Part shown: piece by piece, positions 15,431 through 24,870 of the stretch | Numbering within the stretch: the stretch's first letter is position 1 | Layout of the letters: each line of letters begins with the position of its first letter | Origin: an uncultured Dehalococcoidales bacterium | GTDB taxonomy: Bacteria; Chloroflexota; Dehalococcoidia; Dehalococcoidales; Fen-1064 | DNA: 38,190 nucleotides | NCBI GenBank assembly: GCA_964354765.1 | Contig: CAYHBE010000001.1 | Location: forward strand, 1 to 38,190 | Direction: 5' to 3' | Notes under the pieces: model-generated | The model's input: the letters and a program-made list of their open reading frames with translations, nothing else | What the model was told of the DNA's origin: nothing | Database searches by the model: none | Made by a program: the position numbers and the translations under genes

Positions 15431-16891
15431 CTACGACTTCAACCTATCGACAGCCGATTGAATCCTCGCCAGGCAACGTTCGCGCCCTAATACAGCCATC
15501 ATCTGGAAAAGCGGCGGGGTTGCAGTTTCACCGCTTACGGCTGTTCGCAGCGCTCCGAAAAGCTGCCCTGCCTTTAGTTTGAGTTCTTGAGCCAGCGGTC
15601 TGAGCATCGCCTCCAGTGCCGCTGCTTCGAAAACTGCCAGACCTGCCAACCTATCTATAGCGACTAATAGAGACTGTCGGGTTGATTCAGCCGTCATGTC
15701 TTTGCTGATTAGCAGACTGGTATCATAGCTACCGCTGTCAGAAAAAAAGTAATGCGTCAGGTCAGGAACCTCTGTCAACAATTTGGTGCGCTCCTGTACA
15801 AGCGGCAAGACCTGGCGTATATATTCAGTTGAAACCACGCTGCTGGCAGGAAAAGCTTTCTCCAGGAAAGGTTTGCACCTCTTATCAAAATCTTCCGGAC
15901 TCAGCTTTCGGATATACACTCCATTCATCCACTTTAGCTTCTCGTGATTAAAGATGGCGGCCGTCTTACTGACTCTTTCAAGAGAGAAGTTTTTAACAAG
16001 ATCTTCGCGCGATATGATATCGGTCTTATCATCCAGCGACCAACCAACCAAGGCAAGAAAGTTAAGCAATGCGTCAGGCAGATAACCCTGATCTCTGAAT
16101 TCAAGCACTGAGGTTGCGCCATGACGTTTACTTAACTTCGAACGGTCAGGACCGAGCACCATTGGAACGTGAGCGAATTTTGGCGGAGTGTATCCCAACG
16201 CTTCGTAAGTCAATAGATGAAGGGGTGTGCTCGAGATGTATTCTTCTGCCCGCACGATGTGTGATATTTCCATAGCATGATCGTCGACAACGTTTGCCAG
16301 GTGATAGGTGGGATAACCATCAGATTTCAATAAGACGAGATCCTCGACGTGACTATTTTCAAAAACCACGTCGCCCCAAATTTCATCGTGGAACCTGATT
16401 TTCCCCGTTAAAGGTACTTTAAACCTAACGACCGGTGTAATGCCCTCGGCTTCCTTGGTTTTACGTGACGATTCGGAAAGATTTCGGCAGCAACGGTCGT
16501 AACCCGGCGGTAATTTACGTTTTACTTGCTCGGCACGTAATAATTCCAGACGTCCGGGCGAACAATAGCAATAATAAGCATGTCCACTTTCCACTAACCT
16601 TCGAGCTGCGTCCTGGTAAAGTTGTAGTCGCTGCGATTGAATATAAGGGCCATAATTACCCCCAACGCCCGGCCCCTCGTCCCAATTAAGCCCCATCCAG
16701 CGCATTCCTTCAAGGACGTACTCCATCGAGCCTTCAACGCTTCGATCTACATCAGTATCCTCAACTCGAAGTATAAAAACACCGTTGTAGTGGCGTGCAA
16801 GCAGCCAGGCAAAAAGCGCTGTGCGTATATTCCCGACATGGGGATAACCGGTGGGACTGGGTGCATACCGTGTGCGAACACGTTGGATCAA
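15431..16891 (-). CDS. gltX: Glutamate--tRNA ligase
   Basis: 486 aa. APSPTGYPHVGNIRTA (HIGH-type motif) and KLSKRHG (KMSKS motif). The TTG start overlaps the stop of the upstream RDD gene by 4 nt (TTGA). Confidence 0.95.
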   Translation of the reverse strand: MIQRVRTRYAPSPTGYPHVGNIRTALFAWLLARHYNGVFILRVEDTDVDRSVEGSMEYVLEGMRWMGLNWDEGPGVGGNYGPYIQSQRLQLYQDAARRLVESGHAYYCYCSPGRLELLRAEQVKRKLPPGYDRCCRNLSESSRKTKEAEGITPVVRFKVPLTGKIRFHDEIWGDVVFENSHVEDLVLLKSDGYPTYHLANVVDDHAMEISHIVRAEEYISSTPLHLLTYEALGYTPPKFAHVPMVLGPDRSKLSKRHGATSVLEFRDQGYLPDALLNFLALVGWSLDDKTDIISREDLVKNFSLERVSKTAAIFNHEKLKWMNGVYIRKLSPEDFDKRCKPFLEKAFPASSVVSTEYIRQVLPLVQERTKLLTEVPDLTHYFFSDSGSYDTSLLISKDMTAESTRQSLLVAIDRLAGLAVFEAAALEAMLRPLAQELKLKAGQLFGALRTAVSGETATPPLFQMMAVLGRERCLARIQSAVDRLKS

Positions 16892-17421
16892 TGTACATCC
16901 GCCTGCGCGGCTCTCGCTTGCCAGTCTTTACTCTCTTTACCTGTTGGAATACGGACGACAAAAGTCTCAGCGATTTTGTCGTGGAAGCCCTGGCGCCTGT
17001 TGTCGAAGCCGACCCAAAAGAAACCAATAAAAACAGTAACCAGCGAGATAATATAACCGCAATAACGTAGTAACGCAGTTCCCCAGGTGACTGGAGAGGC
17101 ATCTATCTTTGTAATTTTTATCCTCATCAGCCATTTACCAGGGGTTTGCCCGCGCCATACCCAGAAACAAACGAAATATCCGACTTGCACTATAAAAAAG
17201 ATTATCAATCGGAGCCACCAGAGCGGTGCAGTTGTAATACCTGTATCAATCATCTCTTGAGTCAAACCGCTCCAGGGTAAGCCGGTTGCCAGGTTCCACA
17301 CATGGGTCATCAAGAAGTTGATTCCCCATAAGATGGCAAGGTCGATAATGGAGGCAGCTGACCGCCACCAGAATCCGGCATAATCGACTATATAGCTTTC
17401 TTTCATCAATATTTGCTGCAT
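16888..17421 (-). CDS. RDD-family membrane protein
   Basis: 177 aa. YAGFWWRSAASIIDLAIL..GQTPGKWLMRIKI..GFHDKIAETFVV matches the RDD domain pattern. Confidence 0.8.
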   Translation of the reverse strand: MQQILMKESYIVDYAGFWWRSAASIIDLAILWGINFLMTHVWNLATGLPWSGLTQEMIDTGITTAPLWWLRLIIFFIVQVGYFVCFWVWRGQTPGKWLMRIKITKIDASPVTWGTALLRYCGYIISLVTVFIGFFWVGFDNRRQGFHDKIAETFVVRIPTGKESKDWQARAAQADVH

Positions 17422-17488
17422 AAAAGGTCTCCAATGAAATTATTCGGTATATGTCCAGATTTTATCATCTACTAGTCCACTTTACCAA

Positions 17489-18397
17489 CTAACTCCCTAC
17501 TTCGAGTGCTTGCACTAGATCCAATGGCAATGGTGAAACAAATTCTACGTACTCGCCAGTGGATGGATGTTCGAAGCCAAGCTTGTGGGCATGAAGAAAC
17601 TGTCGGGCAAGCAACGGAGATTTTACTCCGTACGTAGCGTCGCCGACTACCGGGAATCCTATAGCAGCAAGATGTACACGTATCTGGTGAGTCCGTCCGG
17701 TTTGCGGCATTACTTCAAGCAGGCTAAAGGAATCAATATAGCGGACAACCCTGTACCTTGTCAGTGCTTTCTTACCTCGGTTCTCACCAGTTATCGCCAT
17801 CTTTTTCCGGTCGCCGGTGTCCCGTCCAACAGGAGCTTCGATTATTCCTTGCTCAGGCATCAGGCGTCCTTTGACCAGGGCAATGTATACCTTCTTGACA
17901 GAATGACGCTTGAATTGGTCTGCAAGCTTCTCATGCGCAACAGGATTCCGCGCGATGACCATCACTCCGGATGTATCTTTGTCCAACCGGTGCACGATTC
18001 CCGGGCGTTCGAAATCACCAGTTGATCGGGCGAGATGAGGAAGAATAGCATTAATCAAAGTATGGCTGTGCTGGGTTGGCGAAGGATGGACTGTCAGCCC
18101 GGCAGGTTTATCGACGACGATTACATCTTCATCCTCGTAGAGAATATCTATAGCTATATCTTCCGGTGCAAGGTGGCCTGGAATTGCAGGCGGTATCTCG
18201 ATTTGCAGCAAGTCACCAGTATTTGTCCTATAACTGGCACTTCTCAACTTTCCATTAACGGTAATATGCCCGTCATCAATCAGTTTCTGTGCTCGGGTAC
18301 GAGAGATTTCCGGACACACCTCGCTGATGTATTTGTCCAGCCGAGTGCCGGATTTTACTACCGAAAATTGAAATTGCTTTGGTTTTTCAGATATCAT
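17489..18397 (-). CDS. rluD: 23S rRNA pseudouridine synthase, RluA/RluD family
   Basis: 302 aa. N-terminal S4 domain (RLDKYISE..SRTRAQKLI), catalytic HRLDKDTSG motif, and C-terminal GRTHQIRVH. Confidence 0.9.
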   Translation of the reverse strand: MISEKPKQFQFSVVKSGTRLDKYISEVCPEISRTRAQKLIDDGHITVNGKLRSASYRTNTGDLLQIEIPPAIPGHLAPEDIAIDILYEDEDVIVVDKPAGLTVHPSPTQHSHTLINAILPHLARSTGDFERPGIVHRLDKDTSGVMVIARNPVAHEKLADQFKRHSVKKVYIALVKGRLMPEQGIIEAPVGRDTGDRKKMAITGENRGKKALTRYRVVRYIDSFSLLEVMPQTGRTHQIRVHLAAIGFPVVGDATYGVKSPLLARQFLHAHKLGFEHPSTGEYVEFVSPLPLDLVQALEVGS

Positions 18398-18401
18398 TTA
18401 G

Positions 18402-18811
18402 TTACGAATTGCTGAAAGCTTTAACTAATCCTTTCAGCATGCCGCGTTTATCATCCAGTATCATCATACCATCCGCTACAACCCGCTGAGTTCCGGTATC
18501 GACCGGAAGATCTGCCCACTTAAGCGGCGCAACGCCGAATTCGACTTCTTTTCCATCGGTGTAAAAGACTCTGATAGAGGTGACTATTCCCCAGTCTTCA
18601 ATTTTAAGACTCTTCACTTCGCCGAATGTGTTACCCAGGAGACATCATCAAGAAAATCGCCCGTATCATGGCAGATTAAAATAAGATCGATATCAGATCC
18701 GGATCTGGCTGGATGTCGGGCGTAAGAACCAACCAGTGCCAAAGCTGCAATCTCGTCGCGGGTCTGTGCCCATATGGTAAGGTTGCAAATAAATAAAGCT
18801 TCAGAATCCAC
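18402..18811 (-). pseudogene. Nucleotidyltransferase-domain protein split by a 1-nt frameshift (or a sequencing error)
   Basis: ORFs 18614..18811 (GSYARHPARSGSDIDLILI NTase motif) and 18402..18617 overlap in different frames. The second frame is open back to 18644. Adding one G to the GGG run (complement of 18634-18636) gives a continuous ~136-aa protein ..DFLDDVSWGNTFGEVKSLKIEDWG.. Confidence 0.7.
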
Positions 18812-18838
18812 TGCTTTACCAGAAATTGTAAAGGTATC

Positions 18839-19336
18839 TTAATTCTTTCCCTTCATAGCCAATCGCAGAACCGTAATGGCAAGCATCACGGCTCCGATGG
18901 TGACTCCAGAGTCAGCCACATTGAAAGCAGGCCAGAATCCAGCGTCAATGAAATCGGTGACTGCACCACCGAAGCGTATCCTGTCAATCAGATTGCCAAC
19001 TGCACCCGCCAAGATTAAACCAAGAGCGATTTGATTCCATTTCGTGACGAGATACGCGTAATGTTTATAGACATAATACGCCAGGGTCAACAAAGCAGCT
19101 ATCTCAACTACCGCCAGCATTGCCAGTATTAACGAATGTCCCTGGAAAAAGCCGAAAGCCGCTCCCGTGTTTTGTATATGGATGATCTGTACAAATCCGA
19201 TTCGCTGGATGACTTCTGATAACGGATAACTGCGAATCCATTCTTTAGTCAGCAGGTCTGCAATAACAATGACGAAGACCGTTAGAAGAATAATAAAGGA
19301 GCGTTTATCGGTAAATAGATTATTACCTTTTTGCAT
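18839..19336 (-). CDS. lspA: Lipoprotein signal peptidase (signal peptidase II)
   Basis: 165 aa with four TM segments. Conserved NTGAAFG and GNLIDR..VTDFID..FNVAD motifs. Confidence 0.9.
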   Translation of the reverse strand: MQKGNNLFTDKRSFIILLTVFVIVIADLLTKEWIRSYPLSEVIQRIGFVQIIHIQNTGAAFGFFQGHSLILAMLAVVEIAALLTLAYYVYKHYAYLVTKWNQIALGLILAGAVGNLIDRIRFGGAVTDFIDAGFWPAFNVADSGVTIGAVMLAITVLRLAMKGKN

Positions 19337-19688
19337 TCTTTGATTCGAGAGCCTTGCAGGTCATACATCGCCGCGCATGAGGTAACGCTTCTAACCTCGC
19401 GGGCTCGATCGACTTACCGCAGACATCACACTTGCCGTAAGTGCCGGCTTTAATTTTTCCGAGAGCTACCTCCATGGCTGCAAGCTGTTCCTTGATGCCC
19501 CGCTCGAGCGCCAGCCGTCTTTCCAGTTCCAGACTTTCAGTAGCTTCTTCCTCTCGTTTTCCAAAAGGACTACCTTCGCGCCGTTCTTCGGAAGGCCGAC
19601 CAGCAATACTCAGTTGCTCTAATTCAACGAGCAACCGCTTTCGTTCTGTCTCAAGCCGGTTACGGATTTTTTCGATATCTGGTGCCAT
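19323..19688 (-). CDS. DksA/TraR-family C4 zinc-finger protein
   Basis: 121 aa from the ATG at 19688 (SD GGGAG upstream). Coiled-coil N-terminus and a C-terminal CDVCGKSI..RCMTC four-Cys zinc finger. The longer ORF-track start at 19769 lacks support. Overlaps the lspA start by 14 nt. Confidence 0.8.
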   Translation of the reverse strand: MAPDIEKIRNRLETERKRLLVELEQLSIAGRPSEERREGSPFGKREEEATESLELERRLALERGIKEQLAAMEVALGKIKAGTYGKCDVCGKSIEPARLEALPHARRCMTCKALESKNAKR

Positions 19689-19739
19689 GATGTGTAACTC
19701 CCTGCATTTCCGATAGATTCGCAAACAAGCAGATAAATA

Positions 19740-19769
19740 ATTATACTTAGGCTGAGATATAAATAGCAA
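19740..19769 (-). promoter_or_regulatory. Putative promoter of the dksA-like/lspA/rluD operon
   Basis: Complement strand: TTGCTA (19769-19764), an 18-nt spacer, then TATAAT (19745-19740). Confidence 0.35.
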
Positions 19770-19823
19770 TTAAACGAGGTTTATCCCGTCTCTAACATTG
19801 GCGGTATATAAATCCTCGTTTAA
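19770..19823 (-). terminator. Long imperfect inverted repeat (15-16 bp arms, 23-nt loop) downstream of mazG; terminator or operator candidate
   Basis: Arm TTAAACGAGGTTTAT (19770-19784) pairs with ATAAATCCTCGTTTAA (19808-19823) with one bulge. There is no clean U-tract. Confidence 0.3.
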
Positions 19824-19892
19824 GCTATTTTAACCGTGTTGGCAGTATTTAGCAAATATTTCTTTCTGCATGGTTCTTGAAGTGGTGTATCG

Positions 19893-20678
19893 TTACTTCT
19901 GGTTCGTACTTCGCTTAGCTTCTTCCCACAGCTGGTTCTTCTGGTTAAAAGATAGATCGGTGAAATTGACACCGCGTTGCTGACAGAGCTTTTCCATATA
20001 CTGGAACCTTCGAGCAAACTTCCGGTTAGCTTCTCTGAGAGCAACCTCGAGGTCTACTTTTTGACGGCGGGCAATATTGGCGAGTGTAAAAAGCAGGTCG
20101 CCAAATTCTTCATTTTTACTCTCAGCTGTATCCGCTCGCGTCAGTTCCCCAACCTCCTCTGCCAGTTTTTCTATAACGCCCTCATCGTTCTCCCAGTCGA
20201 ATCCGACTTCAGCCGCCCGATGCTGCACCTCCTGGCTATAACTCAGGGCAGGCAGATTCTTCGGTACGCTTCCGATGATAGACACTTCTGTGCCTTTTTC
20301 TTCACGTTTGAGCGTTTCCCAGTTATGGACAATCTCTTCGATTCCTTTAACTTTTTGTTCACCAAAAACGTGGGGATGCCGATGTATTAACTTCTGGCTG
20401 ATAGATTTAATGACGTCGGTGATTTCAAATTCGCCAGCTTCTTTGGCAATCTGTGCTTGCATGACAATGTGAAGTAATAAATCTCCCAGCTCTTCCCTTA
20501 ATTCGCGGCTATTTCCATCATCGAGGGTTTCTAATACTTCATAACATTCCTGCAGAAATGTTTCTCTCAGCGAGGCATGGGTCTGTTCTTTATCCCAGGG
20601 ACACCCGTTTGGACCTCGTAAAGTAGCAATGATATTCACCAGGGCAGAAAAACGACTCAGGTCTCTAGGAATTGCCAA
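19893..20678 (-). CDS. mazG: Nucleoside triphosphate pyrophosphohydrolase MazG
   Basis: 261 aa with tandem MazG domains (CPWDKEQTHASL..EECYEV..ELGDLLL, and a second EExGEL..EFGDLLFTL). Confidence 0.9.
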   Translation of the reverse strand: MAIPRDLSRFSALVNIIATLRGPNGCPWDKEQTHASLRETFLQECYEVLETLDDGNSRELREELGDLLLHIVMQAQIAKEAGEFEITDVIKSISQKLIHRHPHVFGEQKVKGIEEIVHNWETLKREEKGTEVSIIGSVPKNLPALSYSQEVQHRAAEVGFDWENDEGVIEKLAEEVGELTRADTAESKNEEFGDLLFTLANIARRQKVDLEVALREANRKFARRFQYMEKLCQQRGVNFTDLSFNQKNQLWEEAKRSTNQK

Positions 20679-21627
20679 TTTGTGCTCCTTCCCGCCTTCC
20701 TGGCAGCACCGAACCTATCAAATGGCGCTGGCCTCTCAGGAACTCGTCCGACGCCATGATACGTTTTCCCTCCATTTGAACACTGACTACGCCCAGGATG
20801 CCAAGCCCGGTTTCTACACCAAATCCAATACTATCAGACAATTTAATCACCCGGCCGGGAGTACTTGATGGGGCATCGATATATACCGCTTCAATTATTT
20901 TTAACCGTTTTCCCTGCCATCTGGCGTAGCTGCCTGGCCAGGGCTGGTATGCATGGACCTGGCGCCATATGTTGACCGCCGGCTGCGTCCAATCGATTTC
21001 CCCGGCTTCCTTATCTATCATTCGGGTATAGTTTGCCCGGGAATTTTCCTGAATGCGCGGAGTAATCTTACCTGCAAACCAGCGCGGCAGGATCTCAAGT
21101 AATAGCTGGGCTCCTATCCGTGAGAGTTTCTCTGTCAGTAAGCCTGTGGTATCCCAGTCAGCAATCATTACTTGTGCCTGGGCTAGAACAGGTCCTGTAT
21201 CCACTCCTTCATCGAGTTTCATGATGCTTATGCCGGTAGATTCATCACCGTTGAGAATTGCTGCTGGAATAGGAGATACTCCCCTGTACAGAGGCAACAA
21301 AGAGGGATGAATGTTTAAACACCCGTAACGTGGAAATTCAAGAACTGCCTTTGGAAGGATTTGGCCATAAGCAGCGACGACAATAGCGTCTGGCTTCAGA
21401 GCTTTTAACCTATCCTTTTCTTCCTCCGACCTAAAATTTACGGGTTGATAAATCGCGCGGCCCCAATTCAAAGCAATTTTTTTTACCGGCGAAGCGGTAA
21501 CACCCCGCCCTCTTCCCGAGCTTTTATCCGGCTGCGTATAAACAGCGATTACATCTGCGTGGTTCTGCATCAATAGCTCCAGAGGGAGCGCAGCAAACTC
21601 TGGAGTGCCCATGAAAACTATGCCCAT
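20665..21627 (-). CDS. fmt: Methionyl-tRNA formyltransferase
   Basis: 320 aa. MGIVFMGTPEFA.., NIHPSLLPLYRG, and a C-terminal Fmt domain. Overlaps the mazG start by 14 nt. Confidence 0.95.
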   Translation of the reverse strand: MGIVFMGTPEFAALPLELLMQNHADVIAVYTQPDKSSGRGRGVTASPVKKIALNWGRAIYQPVNFRSEEEKDRLKALKPDAIVVAAYGQILPKAVLEFPRYGCLNIHPSLLPLYRGVSPIPAAILNGDESTGISIMKLDEGVDTGPVLAQAQVMIADWDTTGLLTEKLSRIGAQLLLEILPRWFAGKITPRIQENSRANYTRMIDKEAGEIDWTQPAVNIWRQVHAYQPWPGSYARWQGKRLKIIEAVYIDAPSSTPGRVIKLSDSIGFGVETGLGILGVVSVQMEGKRIMASDEFLRGQRHLIGSVLPGRREGAQIGNS

Positions 21628-22072
21628 ATCTATCTCCGATCACCCGCATTTTAACATCATCATACTGTTTGGACAAACTGTATTTAAATATGTATCATTC
21701 CATCATCTCCAGAGCACTTTTATTACCATCTAAGGCGATTGGTACTTTAGTAATAGAATTCAAGCTTGACAATTAGCCGTTCAGGGGGACTTTTCATTGT
21801 CCACTGGCAACCCCAATCTATTGATGAGAGAACTGATAAGAAAGGAAGTATTTAAGAGCTATTGAATTGGAACGAAGGAGTTTTTTCCCACTGAAAACTG
21901 CTAGAATTACTCGGCAAATCTCTTGCCTTGTTAACGAAAAGCGTATTATCCTAGTTATCGTTGCTTGTTAACACCGGAATCCGCAAATAAATTTCACCAG
22001 ACCGTAAGATATCTCCGGCGAAGCTATTTTTGTGTTTTTTTTGGTATCTGCGGTTGTGGTTTAGGTTTTTAT
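21628..22072. other. Candidate replication origin / dnaA upstream region
   Basis: A 445-bp non-coding gap upstream of dnaA. Thirteen consecutive complement-strand genes lie to its left and three plus-strand genes to its right. Only degenerate DnaA-box-like 9-mers are present (TTGTCCACT 21797-21805, TGTGGTTTA 22055-22063). Confidence 0.3.
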
Positions 22073-23389
22073 ATGAATACTCGTTCTGCCCAGGAAATCT
22101 GGGAGACTGCTCTTGGCGAGTTGCAGATAGAAGTCAGTAAATCGAATTTTTGCACCTGGTTCATAAAAACAACTGGAATCAGATTCGAGAACAGCAAGTT
22201 CTCGATCGGCGTGCCTAATACGTTCGTAGCCGAATATCTCGAACAAAACCAGTACTCTTTAATAGAAAGAGTCCTTGCAGGAGTTACTCACGCAGAAGTA
22301 AATCTTGAGTTTCAAGTCGTTAACGGTAACAAACAAAACGTTGCCGAACAAAGCAGGCTCCCTCTTTTTAATCCGCGTTACACTTTCGACAACTTCGTGG
22401 TAGGTAATTCTAACAATCTTGCTTATGCCGCTGCCATGAAAGTCGCCGAACATCCTGGCGAAAATTTCAATCCGCTCTACATTCATGGCAGATCCGGACT
22501 TGGCAAAACTCACCTGCTCCATGCTATTGGCAGCCACGCAGCCAAAAATAACCTTAAAGTCATGTGTGTTAGCGCGGAGCAGTACACCAACGAACTCGTC
22601 ACTTCTATCCGTGAAAGGACGACTGATGAATTCCGTCACAAATTTCGCACTGTCGATTTACTGTTATTAGATGACATACAGTTCTTCACCGGGAAAGAAC
22701 AAACGGAAGAGAGCTTCTTCCATACCTTCAACGAACTCCATGGCAATAACCACCAGGTTGTCATCACAAGCGATCGACCTCCTAAGGCAATCACCGGTAT
22801 CAAGGACCGCATGTTATCGCGCTTTGAGTGGGGACTGGTGGCTGATCTTCAATCTCCCGACTTTGAAACGAGGATTGGCGTTCTGAAGGCAAAATCGCAC
22901 CGTGATGGTATCGAACTCAAGGATGATGTCCTCGAATTCCTTGCCTTACAGGTAAAAGAGAACATCCGCGCATTAGAGGGATCGCTAAACCGCGTTATTG
23001 CCTATGCAAAAATGCTACATACTCCGATCACAACTGGTGTCGCCGCGCGTGCAATTGACAATCTTGCATCTACGAGGATAGCCATGGCACCGGTAACACC
23101 GGGTTATATCATGGAGACGGTGGCCGGCTTTTATCAGCTTACCCTTTCGGATATCAAAGGACGCCGTCGCGACGAAGCCACGACTCTTGCGCGTCAAACA
23201 GCGATGTACCTCATGCGGGAGGAAACTGAATGTTCACTGGCTGATATCGGTAAAGAAATAGGCGGGCGCAGCCCTGCAACCATTAGCTATGCCTATGATA
23301 AAATGACAGCTGCTCTTAACAATGATTCTCGACTTCGACGCAGGGTTGTGGATATCCGGCAGAAACTGCATCCTCCGCTGAGTAATTAA
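22073..23389 (+). CDS. dnaA: Chromosomal replication initiator protein DnaA
   Basis: 438 aa from the ATG at 22073 (MNTRSAQEIWETALGELQ.., the canonical DnaA N-terminus). AAA+ Walker A GRSGLGKTHLL, LLLDDIQF, and a C-terminal DNA-binding domain. The 36-codon TTG extension in the ORF track is rejected. Confidence 0.9.
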   Translation: MNTRSAQEIWETALGELQIEVSKSNFCTWFIKTTGIRFENSKFSIGVPNTFVAEYLEQNQYSLIERVLAGVTHAEVNLEFQVVNGNKQNVAEQSRLPLFNPRYTFDNFVVGNSNNLAYAAAMKVAEHPGENFNPLYIHGRSGLGKTHLLHAIGSHAAKNNLKVMCVSAEQYTNELVTSIRERTTDEFRHKFRTVDLLLLDDIQFFTGKEQTEESFFHTFNELHGNNHQVVITSDRPPKAITGIKDRMLSRFEWGLVADLQSPDFETRIGVLKAKSHRDGIELKDDVLEFLALQVKENIRALEGSLNRVIAYAKMLHTPITTGVAARAIDNLASTRIAMAPVTPGYIMETVAGFYQLTLSDIKGRRRDEATTLARQTAMYLMREETECSLADIGKEIGGRSPATISYAYDKMTAALNNDSRLRRRVVDIRQKLHPPLSN

Positions 23390-23616
23390 TTTTAATTACA
23401 GATTCAGATTTTTTAACCACTTCTCTCGTTTATTCGATAACTTTTATAATCTTTCGATAGCCTACATATATCTCAGCTTCGGTTCATTGATCCCTAGATA
23501 CCACATACGGCTATACTTAATGCCTGTGTCGAGTAAGAACTCGTTATTATTAATACCGTACTACACCTATAAGGAGAAAATAAGAAATATAGGATTATGC
23601 TATTCTTAATACAGCC

Positions 23617-24870
23617 ATGTACGATGTTGTCAGTATTAAAGTTCAGGGTGGAAAAGGCGGAGCAGGCGCTATCAGCTTCCGCAGGGAGAAATATGTGCCG
23701 TTTGGCGGACCTGATGGTGGAGATGGTGGAGATGGTGGAGATGTAATCCTTAAGGTCGACGAAGCTTTGACAAACTTCAAAGAGTTTCGTAATAAGGGCA
23801 CTTACCGCGCCAGCGATGGAGAAAGCGGAAAAGGACAGAAGAAATCTGGCAAGCGCGGCGAAGACCTGGTGATAAAAGTCCCTATCGGTACGGTCGTATA
23901 TGGCGGCGAAGAAGACCACCGTTCTTTTCTCGTCGATCTTTTGGAAAACGGTCAAAAGATAACAGTAGCTCAAGGCGGTAAGGGTGGTTGGGGAAACGTT
24001 CATTATGCGACTTCCACAAATCAGACTCCACGACTTGCCCAGATAGGTGAGTCAGGTGAAGCCGCATTGTTGGAATTAGAAATAAAGTTGATTGCAGATG
24101 TGGGGATTATCGGATTCCCGAATGTGGGCAAATCTTCACTTCTCGCCACTGCAACTGCTGCCAAACCAAAGATCGCTGATTACCCATTCACAACGAAAGA
24201 AACAGAATTAGGTGTTGTAAATATTGGAAACGAGTATTTTGTCCTTGCCGAGATACCCGGTTTGATTCAGGGAGCACATCAAGGCAAAGGTCTAGGACAC
24301 GATTTTCTTCGCCATGCTTCTCGTACAAAGTTATTTGTTCACCTGATCAACGGTACCTCGGAAGCCACGGTAGATGACATGGTCAAAGTAAACAATGAGT
24401 TAAGTCTATACGATGAAAAGCTTGCTCAGAAATCGCAGATTGTAGCAATCAATAAGGTTGACCTGGACGGGGTACGTGATAGAATGGACGCGATTAGATC
24501 AGAATTCACCTGGATCGGGGTGAAAGTGCGGTTTGTTTCGGCGGTAACGGGTGAGGGAGTCTCCGAGCTGATGAGAGCAGCGCTGGAACAGTTGAAGAAG
24601 ATCCCCGTCGTCCCGAGGGAAGGTGAAGTCAAAGTCTTCCACCCGCAGCCCCGGCGTCGTATGGCATCCGTCTCAAAAGAAGGCGATATATTTGTGATTA
24701 ATGCCCCTGAAGTTGAAAGAGTAGTCAAACGGGTCAATATTGAAGATCCGACTATCCTATGGCAGGTGCATAGTCTATTGATGAGGAAGGGCATAGTTAA
24801 AGAACTCGAGAAAGCTGGTATTAAGGGAGGCGATAAGGTCCGCTGTGACGATATTGAATGGGATTGGTGA
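23617..24870 (+). CDS. obg: GTPase Obg/CgtA
   Basis: 417 aa. Gly-rich Obg fold (GGKGGAGAISFRREKYVPFGGPDGGDGGDGG), G1 GFPNVGKSS, G4 NKVD, and a C-terminal OCT extension. Confidence 0.95.
   Translation: MYDVVSIKVQGGKGGAGAISFRREKYVPFGGPDGGDGGDGGDVILKVDEALTNFKEFRNKGTYRASDGESGKGQKKSGKRGEDLVIKVPIGTVVYGGEEDHRSFLVDLLENGQKITVAQGGKGGWGNVHYATSTNQTPRLAQIGESGEAALLELEIKLIADVGIIGFPNVGKSSLLATATAAKPKIADYPFTTKETELGVVNIGNEYFVLAEIPGLIQGAHQGKGLGHDFLRHASRTKLFVHLINGTSEATVDDMVKVNNELSLYDEKLAQKSQIVAINKVDLDGVRDRMDAIRSEFTWIGVKVRFVSAVTGEGVSELMRAALEQLKKIPVVPREGEVKVFHPQPRRRMASVSKEGDIFVINAPEVERVVKRVNIEDPTILWQVHSLLMRKGIVKELEKAGIKGGDKVRCDDIEWDW

Noticed and set aside
16888-16891. 4-nt TTGA stop/start overlap between the RDD gene and gltX, and frequent TTG/GTG starts (ccdA, permease, gltX, rpsT, rel, radical SAM, nadD)
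   Set aside because: This is ordinary translational coupling and start-codon usage, not a recoding signal.
21965-22072. 36-codon N-terminal extension of dnaA (TTG start) in the ORF track
   Set aside because: The extension (LTPESANKFHQTVRYLRRSYFCVFFGICGCGLGFY) is unlike any DnaA N-terminus. The canonical M..IW..L..L start begins at the ATG at 22073.
23494-24003. 169-aa complement ORF overlapping the obg 5' region. Similar long antisense ORFs occur at 5562..6035, 6267..6728, 12239..12760, 13774..14274, 34653..35123 and 37090..37725.
   Set aside because: These are shadow ORFs opposite well-supported genes. Their translations are low-complexity, Ser/Thr/Arg-rich or repetitive, and they have no SD or motif.
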